Shown here piece after piece: positions 1-8,269 of a DNA stretch of 64,000 nt (the stretch's first letter is position 1; the number at the start of each line of letters is the position of its first letter). The stretch is from Nanohaloarchaea archaeon B1-Br10_U2g1 (GTDB lineage: Archaea > Nanohalarchaeota > Nanosalinia > Nanosalinales > Nanosalinaceae): assembly GCA_001563875.1 (NCBI GenBank), contig LKMN01000001.1, positions 68,811 through 132,810 on the forward strand. Reading direction: 5' to 3'. A program made the translations under genes and the position numbers. The notes below the pieces were generated by a model. It saw nothing but the letters and a program-made list of their open reading frames with translations. It was not told where the DNA came from and ran no database searches.

Positions 1-1
1 T

Positions 2-664
2 GTAACTCCAAGAGACCAGGACGATGAGGATATAACTGTTTACATCTATGAGACGGCCGAGGCAGGTCAAAACTCTGACACTCTGCTCTACAGTGAGACG
101 GTTAACGACTTCGACCAAGTAAGTTTTGACGATTGGGGGGATCTCGCCCCGGGAGAGGATTACACATGGTCAGTTGCGTTCGATGACACACATGAGAACT
201 CTACATTTGAGTTTGATTTTCTACGTTTAACCTCGGAGAGTTACAGGGTTGAGAAAACTTTGGAATATGACTATACTACACTTTTACTTATGGAAGAAGA
301 GAATACGGACTTCGTATTTAGTGTACAGAACAGGATAGATGCCACTCAAGAAAGTCTTAGAACCTATGTAGAAGGTCCGAACGCTAGATTCATGGACTCT
401 GGTGAAGAAGTTAAGGAGTATGATATGGGTCCTGGTGAGGAAAGACAGTTCCATATAGAACTTGAGCCTGAGCAGACTGGTGATAAGGAATTAAAATTAG
501 TAACCGAAGATCAGGTGACAGGAGTTAACACTACAGAGTCTGTTCCTGTCACGGTTAGAGAGTTTCCCGAAGCATATGATCCTTACAGAGTTCCAGGAAT
601 AAGTGTGCTACAAGTATTATTTTTAGCTCTTGCAGCTACCGGTCTTTATTCTGTACGACTCTGA
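2..664 (+). CDS. Partial (5' end outside window) acidic surface protein with C-terminal membrane anchor
   Basis: Frame is open from position 2 to the stop at 664. Acidic and beta-rich. Ends VPGISVLQVLFLALAATGLYSVRL, resembling a PGF-CTERM-type sorting signal plus TM helix. Confidence 0.7.
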   Translation, partial: VTPRDQDDEDITVYIYETAEAGQNSDTLLYSETVNDFDQVSFDDWGDLAPGEDYTWSVAFDDTHENSTFEFDFLRLTSESYRVEKTLEYDYTTLLLMEEENTDFVFSVQNRIDATQESLRTYVEGPNARFMDSGEEVKEYDMGPGEERQFHIELEPEQTGDKELKLVTEDQVTGVNTTESVPVTVREFPEAYDPYRVPGISVLQVLFLALAATGLYSVRL

Positions 665-827
665 CTATATATCCTGCGACACGGTTTCTAAGCTTCTTTG
701 AGTTGAACTCGCCCATATCTTTGAGTTCTTCTTTGTTTTCATCGAAGTCTTCGCCGAATCTTTCCTCATCAGCGTCTACAAGATCTTTTGCTAGTCGTTT
801 AATGTATGTTGGTCTTACGCGTCCCAT
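636..827 (-). CDS. rps17e: 30S ribosomal protein S17e
   Basis: MGRVRPTYIKRLA...DFDENK...SKKLRNRVAGYI is the S17e signature. Start moved to ATG at 827. Confidence 0.97.
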   Translation of the reverse strand: MGRVRPTYIKRLAKDLVDADEERFGEDFDENKEELKDMGEFNSKKLRNRVAGYIVRVVQNKDR

Positions 828-886
828 CAACCTAAGAGTCGAAGACAACATTCTTAAACTACGGGGTCGCTGAAAACTTTATACGG

Positions 887-1120
887 ATGAGAAAGTACCG
901 AGAGTTCCTTACTTCTGCATTTCCAGATGATATTGTAACGAAGGCAGTCCATTTATACAAAGTTGTGAAAATATTTACGTTCTTTTACATACTTTTGGCA
1001 GGTTTCTGGATAGCTTTTACTAGAAGTCTGATAGTAGGTATCTCTTTCATGTTCTTCAAGTTCGCGGCTTTTTGGCTTACCTCTATCTTTGTTGCTCCAG
1101 GAGGAAGACCAGCGGTATAA
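887..1120 (+). CDS. Small membrane protein
   Basis: 77 aa with two hydrophobic segments and a TATA-like TTTATA upstream. Confidence 0.6.
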   Translation: MRKYREFLTSAFPDDIVTKAVHLYKVVKIFTFFYILLAGFWIAFTRSLIVGISFMFFKFAAFWLTSIFVAPGGRPAV

Positions 1121-1135
1121 ACGTTAAGAGCTGAA

Positions 1136-1861
1136 ATGCAAGATATGGCAGATCCTTTATATCTCCCTGATAGAGAGTACCGGAAGAAGTTTGAATCCTC
1201 AGTAGTGAAAGTAGAGTCTGATGGAAGCTACATAGTACTTCAAGAGACTCTTTTCTATAAGGAGGGAGGAGGACAACCCTCAGACAAGGGAAAAATTTAC
1301 TGGAAAAACAAAGAATCTGAAGTAGTCGACGTTCAGAGAGAGGATGGAGAGGTAAGACATTACATTAAGGGACAGCTGCCTAAGCCTGGAGAGAAAGTCA
1401 AAGGAGAGATAGAATGGGATAGACGTTACAAACATATGAGAATGCATACTGCGCAACACTTAATATCTTGGATCGTTCTGAACATGTACGGAGCCTCAAC
1501 AGCCGGAAATCAGATACATGAGGACTACTCTCGTATCGATTTCAAACCTGTAGAGTTCTCAGAAAGAGATGTAGAGAAGATTGAGAAAGCTGCAAATTCG
1601 CTTATAAAGAAAGAGCTTGGAGTCCAGAAGAAGATGATGGACAGAGAACAACTCGAACAGCAAGTAAAGGACGGAAGAACGAAACTTGACATAATACCGG
1701 ATCATATCGATCCTTTAAGGATAGTAGTTATAGGAGGCGAAGATATCTGTCCTTGTGGAGGCACGCATGTGGATAACCTTGAAGAGATCGGAGAAATCGA
1801 GATAACAGATCGGAAGAGTAAAGGCTCAGATACTGAAAGAATAAAGTTCGAGCTGGCCTAG
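1136..1861 (+). CDS. alaX: Alanyl-tRNA editing protein AlaX (AlaXp)
   Basis: TLFYKEGGGQPSDKG, MRMHTAQHL (HxxxH) and CPCGGTHV (CxxxH) zinc-site motifs. Confidence 0.95.
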   Translation: MQDMADPLYLPDREYRKKFESSVVKVESDGSYIVLQETLFYKEGGGQPSDKGKIYWKNKESEVVDVQREDGEVRHYIKGQLPKPGEKVKGEIEWDRRYKHMRMHTAQHLISWIVLNMYGASTAGNQIHEDYSRIDFKPVEFSERDVEKIEKAANSLIKKELGVQKKMMDREQLEQQVKDGRTKLDIIPDHIDPLRIVVIGGEDICPCGGTHVDNLEEIGEIEITDRKSKGSDTERIKFELA

Positions 1862-2565
1862 TAAAGATAGCTGTCAGAGGTCTTTAATCTGTCTTCAATA
1901 AAGCTATCTTTGTACCATTCGTCTATATCTGTAGTGTTTGGTCTTTCTCCATATGCTTCAGTCCATTCCCAATAACAGTAACCATTATTGTTGAAGGTTA
2001 TTTCCTCTTTTACTTTTTCTACAGGCAAAATTAGCTCTCCGATTAAGGCAGATTCAATTTCCGGACTTAGAGGCTCTAAAGGTACGCTGAAATCTTGTTC
2101 GAAATCTTTCTCAAAATCAGAACGAGGGTAATGGACTACAGTATGGAGTAGAGAATCTCTCTCAGCCAGTTTATTTATAGAGTTCTCTCTCATGTAGATT
2201 CCTCCTGGTCTGGAGTACCAGTTCCCAGTACCATCCTGGCCTTGGCTTACTAATACGGCAGCTCCTTTCGCCTGAACCTCTATATCTTCAAAGGCTCCGT
2301 CTTTGACTACGAGGTCTATACATCCATTGTTAACACGCTCCATGTTGTAGTTTTCCTCAAGATATCTCTCAACCATGTCACCTATACCTTCAGTATATCG
2401 GTCTAGATCTGGTCTACCCCACTCTTCCCTCTTATCTGCAGGCCTTTTCTCAAGAGGTCTGACAGAGTTTTTGGTTCTATTGTTCATGACAAAGTAGGGA
2501 TGCCAAGGTCTATAGGATCCGCCGAGCTCAGAATATAGCTTGTTTATCGTCTCTGTCCCTGTCAT
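1858..2565 (-). CDS. Hypothetical protein, possible PD-(D/E)xK nuclease-like fold
   Basis: 235-aa acidic ORF with a VERYLEE...IDLVVKD...IEVQAKG pattern. Confidence 0.55.
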   Translation of the reverse strand: MTGTETINKLYSELGGSYRPWHPYFVMNNRTKNSVRPLEKRPADKREEWGRPDLDRYTEGIGDMVERYLEENYNMERVNNGCIDLVVKDGAFEDIEVQAKGAAVLVSQGQDGTGNWYSRPGGIYMRENSINKLAERDSLLHTVVHYPRSDFEKDFEQDFSVPLEPLSPEIESALIGELILPVEKVKEEITFNNNGYCYWEWTEAYGERPNTTDIDEWYKDSFIEDRLKTSDSYLY

Positions 2566-2592
2566 TTCACTATCCTTTATCGATATAGGTAT

Positions 2593-4377
2593 CTATTCTT
2601 CGTAGTACTCATCTCTCTTCCTCTGTTCCTTATCTTTCTGGCTGTCTGGCTTGTTCGCTCTTGGTCTGCCTGTCTCTGGGTCTTTCCGGAAGGTGACACC
2701 CACTTCTTTCAGGAAATCATTTACTGCTTCACCTATCTTCATTGGCTTGGTCGATTTCCCGTGTTCTCCGGACTCACCTTTGAATACTATCCCTCTATCT
2801 GCCATATAGTCAAGCATTAGCAGATCGTGGTCAATAATCATCAATGGTTTCTCTGTTTTTCTTGCATAGTTTTTCAACATCTTGCCAAGTTTTACACGTG
2901 ATTCAACATCCAAGTATGCTGAAGGCTCATCCAAGAGATACAGGTCCGCGTCTTTAGCTAGACAGATCGCTATTCCTACTTTCTGTAGTTCTCCACCTGA
3001 AAGTTCGTTAAGGTTTTTCTCGTATAGTTTTTCTAGTTCCAAAGGTTTTGCTATACGGTTCTCAAACCTTTTGTTATCAAGGGAGGTATGCTGTGATACT
3101 ACATTCGCTACAGTTGTGTTAGAGGACTCTAGGTACTGTGGTTTGTACGAGATTGATAGGTCTAGAGCTTCTCCATTGTCCGGGCTTATTGCTCCGGCCA
3201 ACATCTTTGCGAAAACCGTTTTTCCTAGCCCGTTTTCTCCAAAGATTGCAAGAATCTCTTCTTCATGTATACTGCCGGGAGCAGTCTCAAGTTCGAACTC
3301 GTTTTCTCCAAAGTCTTTCCTCATCTCTGGGAACTCGGCAACAGTTTCTTTCCTCTCAACTTGTGATCTTTTGGAACGGTCAAACTTTATCTCGTCGGCT
3401 CTGAAACGGACGTTGTGGGTTGGAAGGTAGCCTTCTAAGTAACGGTTTACTCCTTCCTTACTTGACAGAGAGTCGGACACCATCCCGTAGCTGGCTTGAT
3501 CTCCGTAGAAGATATGTATGTTGTCTGAGATCAGGTCCAGTGTAGCCAGATCGTGTTCTACAGCCATAACACTTTTCTTCTCTCCAAGCTTCCGAATTTC
3601 TCTACCGGTCTTAAGTCTCTGTTTAACGTCTAGGAAGGACGACGACTCGTCGAACATGTAGAGATCTGCGTCTTTAAGTATGGTCGAGGCTATTGCGACC
3701 CGCTGTAGTTCTCCGCCTGAGAGCTGTTCGAGCTTTCTATCCAGTAAATGAGCTATGTCAAGTTTTTCTGCAACTTCGTTGAGCTGTTCTTCATCGATAT
3801 TTTCTAAAAGTTCTTGGACCTTACCGCTGTATACATCAGGTAGCTTTTCAACCTGTTGTGGCTTATAAGCCGATTTTACGTCTTCTTCAAGTTTCTCAAA
3901 ATGTGTCTGTAGCCCTGTACCCCTGAACTCTTTAGTTACCTCTTCAAGTTTAGGAGGGTCTTCGTAATCTCCAAGGTTGGGTAGTATGTCGCCACTAAGT
4001 ATCTTAAGTGAAACAGATTTTCCTATACCGTTTTTACCTATCATCCCTACTACTCGGCCACTGTCTGGCACAGGCAAGCCATAAAGTCTGAAACTGTTTT
4101 CGCCGAACTGATGGATTTTCTCCCCTTTTTCGTGAGGGAGCTGTATCATCTTTATAGCGTCATCGTAGGGATACTTGTTAATAGCCATCTTATGAGCTTC
4201 CATCACGTCTTCATCATCTATATGTAGCTCTCCTTCCTCTGTGAGGTAGAAACCTCCTTCTTTCCCCGCTCTATTTAAAGGATCAAAGTTGATTACGGTC
4301 TCTCTAGCTAAATCAGGCTCTATCTGTTCCTGATCGACTACTACAATAAATTTTTTCGAGTTTTTGTCAGTAGACAT
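2593..4377 (-). CDS. rli: Ribosome recycling ATPase ABCE1/RLI (N-terminal domain has no Cys)
   Basis: Two ABC NBDs (GKNGIGKS, LSGGELQR; GENGLGKT, LSGGELQK), FRLYGLPVP, and C-terminal TFRKDPETGRPRANKPDSQKD. Confidence 0.96.
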   Translation of the reverse strand: MSTDKNSKKFIVVVDQEQIEPDLARETVINFDPLNRAGKEGGFYLTEEGELHIDDEDVMEAHKMAINKYPYDDAIKMIQLPHEKGEKIHQFGENSFRLYGLPVPDSGRVVGMIGKNGIGKSVSLKILSGDILPNLGDYEDPPKLEEVTKEFRGTGLQTHFEKLEEDVKSAYKPQQVEKLPDVYSGKVQELLENIDEEQLNEVAEKLDIAHLLDRKLEQLSGGELQRVAIASTILKDADLYMFDESSSFLDVKQRLKTGREIRKLGEKKSVMAVEHDLATLDLISDNIHIFYGDQASYGMVSDSLSSKEGVNRYLEGYLPTHNVRFRADEIKFDRSKRSQVERKETVAEFPEMRKDFGENEFELETAPGSIHEEEILAIFGENGLGKTVFAKMLAGAISPDNGEALDLSISYKPQYLESSNTTVANVVSQHTSLDNKRFENRIAKPLELEKLYEKNLNELSGGELQKVGIAICLAKDADLYLLDEPSAYLDVESRVKLGKMLKNYARKTEKPLMIIDHDLLMLDYMADRGIVFKGESGEHGKSTKPMKIGEAVNDFLKEVGVTFRKDPETGRPRANKPDSQKDKEQRKRDEYYEE

Positions 4378-4466
4378 ATTTAGAGGACGTGTAAGAAAGA
4401 TTAATTAAACCATTTGAAGGATTTGGTTGGTAAGAAAGTTATAATGAAATAAAGGAAAGAAGGTTT

Positions 4467-4970
4467 TTACTCAAAGGCGAGCTGGTATTTCTCTCCTGTT
4501 ACTTCGTCGATGATCTCTTCGAACTCTCCGACGGATAGGTTGATTTTTCCTTCGTAGTCGTCGTCTACAACGATCTTCTTACTCTGTCCTTCAGGTGAGA
4601 ATACTGTGTTGACGGACTCTACTTCTGCCGGTGAGAGAAGTCCTTTAATGGTCTCTATATCTTCTGGAGCCTTCTCTACCACTCTTATTGATTTATCGAC
4701 CTGGTCTGCTATCTTCTTGACAATCTCTCCACTTCTGCCGACTACTTTAGCGCCGTCACCTTCCTCTGTAATGATTACGATGACGTTATCCATGTCGAAG
4801 ATTTTAAGAATTTCTGAGTCTCTGAGAGATGCGTGTTCTTTGCTCAGATCTTGGAGTATACGAGATACCTCTACATCTGTCTCTGTTATCTCGCCATTTT
4901 CCAGTTTATCCTCGCACCCGCTACAGAGCACATCACTCTTTAGACATACATTACATATTGGAGCCTTCAT
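4467..4970 (-). CDS. NusA-like KH-domain RNA-binding protein with N-terminal Cys cluster
   Basis: MKAPICNVCLKSDVLCSGC N-terminus and KH loop VVGRSGEIVKKI. Confidence 0.85.
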   Translation of the reverse strand: MKAPICNVCLKSDVLCSGCEDKLENGEITETDVEVSRILQDLSKEHASLRDSEILKIFDMDNVIVIITEEGDGAKVVGRSGEIVKKIADQVDKSIRVVEKAPEDIETIKGLLSPAEVESVNTVFSPEGQSKKIVVDDDYEGKINLSVGEFEEIIDEVTGEKYQLAFE

Positions 4971-5064
4971 ACAACAGTTTGGCACTGTCAAGAATTAAAT
5001 AGTTGAGGAGAGAGATCTTCCTTTCTCCAAGCTTTGCTCAAAGTCTACTTCTAACCTGTTGTAG

Positions 5065-5574
5065 CTAAAAATCTGTCTTTCTGTAAGTCATGCTCACAAT
5101 GTCGTACAATGATGCGGCAGTTAACGCTGCCAACCCGTAGAAAAGGAAATAGACGTTTACAGAATAAAGTATAAACCCTATAGAGAGCATAACTAGTCGA
5201 GCCTCATGACCTATAACCGGTTGAACCGTCTCTCTCAACTCCTTAATGAAGCCGTTTCTAACAGTGTAAGTCATGAGAACTGCTGCTATAGATAAGGCTT
5301 TGAGGTAAGGAGGTATTATAGGTGAGAGAACTGCTCCAAAAATAAGGATTGATTCATAGAATGGAGGTAGTAAAACAAGCATTATACGCGTGTTTGATGT
5401 TTTACCAGTCTTCCTAGATTCTTTGAAACATAGACGGGATGAAAAGAGGACTCCGATAACAAGAAGCCCGCTCAGAGCCGAAGTATGTCTGCCAGGATGG
5501 TTTAACATCAGAGCTGAAAATATAGATAAAACCAGTGTCAAAACAGCATAGAGATGTAATCGGTTGTAATTCAC
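5065..5574 (-). CDS. Membrane protein, degenerate CDP-alcohol phosphatidyltransferase-like
   Basis: About 5 TM segments. RKTGKTS, FYESILIFG, TYTVR and IGHEARLV sit at family-typical positions, but the catalytic Asp motif is missing. Confidence 0.55.
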   Translation of the reverse strand: MNYNRLHLYAVLTLVLSIFSALMLNHPGRHTSALSGLLVIGVLFSSRLCFKESRKTGKTSNTRIMLVLLPPFYESILIFGAVLSPIIPPYLKALSIAAVLMTYTVRNGFIKELRETVQPVIGHEARLVMLSIGFILYSVNVYFLFYGLAALTAASLYDIVSMTYRKTDF

Positions 5575-5618
5575 GTGTTCAATTCTTTAGAACCAAAGTT
5601 TTACCGTTTTCGGTGCAG

Positions 5619-5728
5619 AGAAAAATAAAAAGAAAATACAGACCTCCGTTAAGGGGGGGAGGGGAGTGTTCTTTGAAGACCGACGGGGTTTAATGTTTTC
5701 CATCGGCCTCCAAGGGGACGGAGGTCTG
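5619..5728 (-). terminator. Long stem-loop followed by U-tract downstream of ftsZ
   Basis: CAGACCTCCGT (5639-5649) / ACGGAGGTCTG (5718-5728) inverted repeat with an inner G-U-containing stem, then TATTTTCTTTTTATTTTTC on the minus strand. Confidence 0.7.
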
Positions 5729-5763
5729 AGGGGTATTAAAGGGGGAAATATAAATTGTGAATA

Positions 5764-6825
5764 TTATTTCATAACCTCGAGACCGAGATCGTTTACGTCG
5801 CTTACCTCGGCTTCTTGTTCTTCTTCAACTTCTCCAAGCACGTAAGGAGATTTTACGCCGGTTATAATCGATATTACCTGAAGTTTGCCTTCCAGTTCTT
5901 CTCTAACTCTTGCGCCCCAGATTACTTGTGCTTGAGGGTCAAGGTTGTTTTGAACTGTTTGGCCTACTGCGTTGATTTCATTCAGTGTTAGGTCTTGTCC
6001 GCCCGCTACGTGTAGGAGGGCTCCGTTTGCACCGTCGAACTCTACGTCGAGCAGAGGGTTTGATAGTGCTTCATGGATTGCTTCTTCTCCTTTGTTGTTT
6101 GTGTCGCTTTCTCCGTATCCTACTACTGCGACGCCTCCTTCGTTCATGATTGCTTTGACGTCTGCGTAATCTAGGTTGACCAGTGAAGGTTTGCTGATTG
6201 TTTCTGTTACTCCTTTGATCATGGTTGTGATCAGTTCATCTGCAACTCCGAATGCTTGGTCTAGCGGCATATCTCCAGCGATATCGAGTAGTTTGTCGTT
6301 TTCGATTACGATTGCTGTGTCTACGTGCTGTCTTAGTTTGTATAGCCCTTCTTCTGCTTTGCTCATTCTTGCGCCTTCTATTTCGAAAGGCATGGTTACT
6401 GTTCCGATTACGATACAGTCTTCTTTTTTAGCGATTTCTGCTAGAACTGGTGTAACTCCTGTTCCTGTTCCTCCTCCTAGTCCGCATGTCAGGAAGACCA
6501 TGTCTGCGTCTTTGAACAGGTTTCTTAGCTCTGCACGGTTTTCTTCTGCTGCTCGTGCTCCTTTTTCTGGATGTCCTCCTGCGCCAAGTCCTTTTGTCAG
6601 GTCTCGTCCTACTAGGATTTTTCTGTCTGCTGAGGACATTTCTAGGTGCTGTTTATCTGTGTTGATTACAACTGTCTCTGCACCTTCTACATCTTTCTTT
6701 TGGATACGTGTGACTTGGTTGTTGCCTGCGCCTCCGGCACCGACTACCAAGATTTTAGCATCTTTTACGTCGTCCAGATTTTGAACGTCTTTTTCCGACT
6801 TCGTATTATTGATTATTGATTCCAT
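5764..6825 (-). CDS. ftsZ: Cell division GTPase FtsZ
   Basis: VVGAGGAGNN, GLGAGG, GLGGGTGTG tubulin signature, NLDYADV. Confidence 0.98.
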   Translation of the reverse strand: MESIINNTKSEKDVQNLDDVKDAKILVVGAGGAGNNQVTRIQKKDVEGAETVVINTDKQHLEMSSADRKILVGRDLTKGLGAGGHPEKGARAAEENRAELRNLFKDADMVFLTCGLGGGTGTGVTPVLAEIAKKEDCIVIGTVTMPFEIEGARMSKAEEGLYKLRQHVDTAIVIENDKLLDIAGDMPLDQAFGVADELITTMIKGVTETISKPSLVNLDYADVKAIMNEGGVAVVGYGESDTNNKGEEAIHEALSNPLLDVEFDGANGALLHVAGGQDLTLNEINAVGQTVQNNLDPQAQVIWGARVREELEGKLQVISIITGVKSPYVLGEVEEEQEAEVSDVNDLGLEVMK

Positions 6826-7070
6826 TTGAACACCACGGCATCAGTATGCCTAACTTTTTTAAAGCGGCATATCTAATTCTACCTTAGAATAAGTCAAATT
6901 CAAGCCCAACTTGAATGCCCAAATGTGATTTCGGATTCAACGCCCAAATCGAATCCGGTTCGATCATACTCGCGCCCAAACGAGTGTTGATCAGTAGTCT
7001 CGAGTTCGTGGCCCAACACGAACACAAGATTAATGTTATATTCTAACCTTTAGTTGCCTAGTTTATAAAA
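6826..7070 (-). promoter_or_regulatory. ftsZ promoter and long structured 5' leader with five UUGGGC motifs
   Basis: Minus-strand TTTTATAAA at about 7070-7062 and GTGGTG SD-like site before the ATG. GCCCAA (plus strand) at 6904, 6917, 6942, 6974, 7011; four of these lie in hairpin loops. Confidence 0.75.
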
Positions 7071-7212
7071 GTTTGTCTTACTTCGTACAATCCAAGCTGT
7101 TCAATGTCTTTGAACAGTTACTGTTCATAACCGTTCATAGAACCCATATTTTTGCACTATGCTGTTTCCACTTATGGTTACAAAAAGCTTTATTACACCA
7201 AACATTCTTAGG

Positions 7213-7491
7213 ATGGTAGAAAAGACTGAGGTAAAAAAGGTTTCGGAAAACGCACGTATCAACCTGTCTGAAGAAGAGACAGAAAAGTTCTCAAAAGAGT
7301 TTGAAACTATTCTTGAAGTATTCAATAAACTTGAAGAGATAGATACAGAGAACGTAGAGCCGGCATTCCATCCTATAGACGTAGAACCGGAGAAAAGAGA
7401 AGACAACGAAGAAGAAACTCTAACTGAAGAGGAAGTCTTCCAAAACACTGAAAATGAAGAAGAAGGATGGTTTAAAGGCCCTAGCGCATAA
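7213..7491 (+). CDS. gatC: Asp/Glu-tRNA amidotransferase subunit C
   Basis: ARINLSEEE...LEEIDTENVEP...GWFKGP. Start moved to ATG at 7213. Confidence 0.93.
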   Translation: MVEKTEVKKVSENARINLSEEETEKFSKEFETILEVFNKLEEIDTENVEPAFHPIDVEPEKREDNEEETLTEEEVFQNTENEEEGWFKGPSA

Positions 7492-7500
7492 ATACACGTT

Positions 7501-7989
7501 ATGAAGATAGGAGTAATATCTGATACACACGACAATATTGAAGTAACTAAAAATGCTTTAGAACACTTCTCAGACAAAGAGGTGGACGTTGTCATCCACT
7601 GTGGAGACATGGTAGCTCCTTTTACAGCTGAACTTTTCGATAAAGACTTCGATTTCTATGCAGTGAAAGGAAACAACGACGGCGAATGGAGTCTAAGAGA
7701 AACTGTTGAAGAGTTCGGAACCTGGCTAGGGGATATAGGAGAACTTGAATTCGAGGGATACAGTATCGCGGTCTACCACGGAACAGAACAGGCAATAGTC
7801 GAATCACTGGTCTCTTCTGGAAAGTACGACTACGTTCTGAGAGGTCATACCCATACGAAAACTATACGTGAACAAGACGGCACAATCGAACTCAATCCTG
7901 GAGGTATAAAGCTCCCTGAGAGCTCAGAAGAGTTCCATATAGCTGTTCTAGATCTTGATACAGGCAATATAAGGCTTCACAAAGTCTGA
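7501..7989 (+). CDS. YfcE/MJ0936-family metallophosphoesterase
   Basis: SDTHDN, HCGD, GNND, YHG, GHTH and NPG motifs. Confidence 0.92.
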   Translation: MKIGVISDTHDNIEVTKNALEHFSDKEVDVVIHCGDMVAPFTAELFDKDFDFYAVKGNNDGEWSLRETVEEFGTWLGDIGELEFEGYSIAVYHGTEQAIVESLVSSGKYDYVLRGHTHTKTIREQDGTIELNPGGIKLPESSEEFHIAVLDLDTGNIRLHKV

Positions 7990-8086
7990 TCGGCACTAGT
8001 TTGAAGAGTTCTGATACTTCACAAAGAACCACGGGCTTTAACGGTAAGACTTATTTCAGTATATGGAGAAGAGTCTAAACAAGAGT

Positions 8087-8239
8087 ATGGAAAAAAGAAC
8101 AGTGCTTCAATGTCCCAAATGCGGAGGAAAGATGGAGTTTAAAGGTTACAGGCCGTTGTTTCCTGACTGTGAGAGATGCGGTTTAAGCCTCCATGTAGAT
8201 GAATGTGATGAGCAGCAGTTTAAGACGCAATTAGATTAA
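8087..8239 (+). CDS. Small CPxCG-type zinc-finger protein (50 aa; alternative in-frame ATG at 8063)
   Basis: Manual translation MEKRTVLQCPKCGGKMEFKGYRPLFPDCERCGLSLHVDECDEQQFKTQLD. Below the ORF-track cutoff. Confidence 0.8.
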   Translation: MEKRTVLQCPKCGGKMEFKGYRPLFPDCERCGLSLHVDECDEQQFKTQLD

Positions 8240-8269
8240 TTTTTAAGATTCGCTAGTGAAATCGACTCT

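Noticed and set aside
6898-7023. GCCCAA repeats as a mini-CRISPR array
   Set aside because: The repeat is only 6 nt, spacing is irregular, and the flanks are self-complementary stems.
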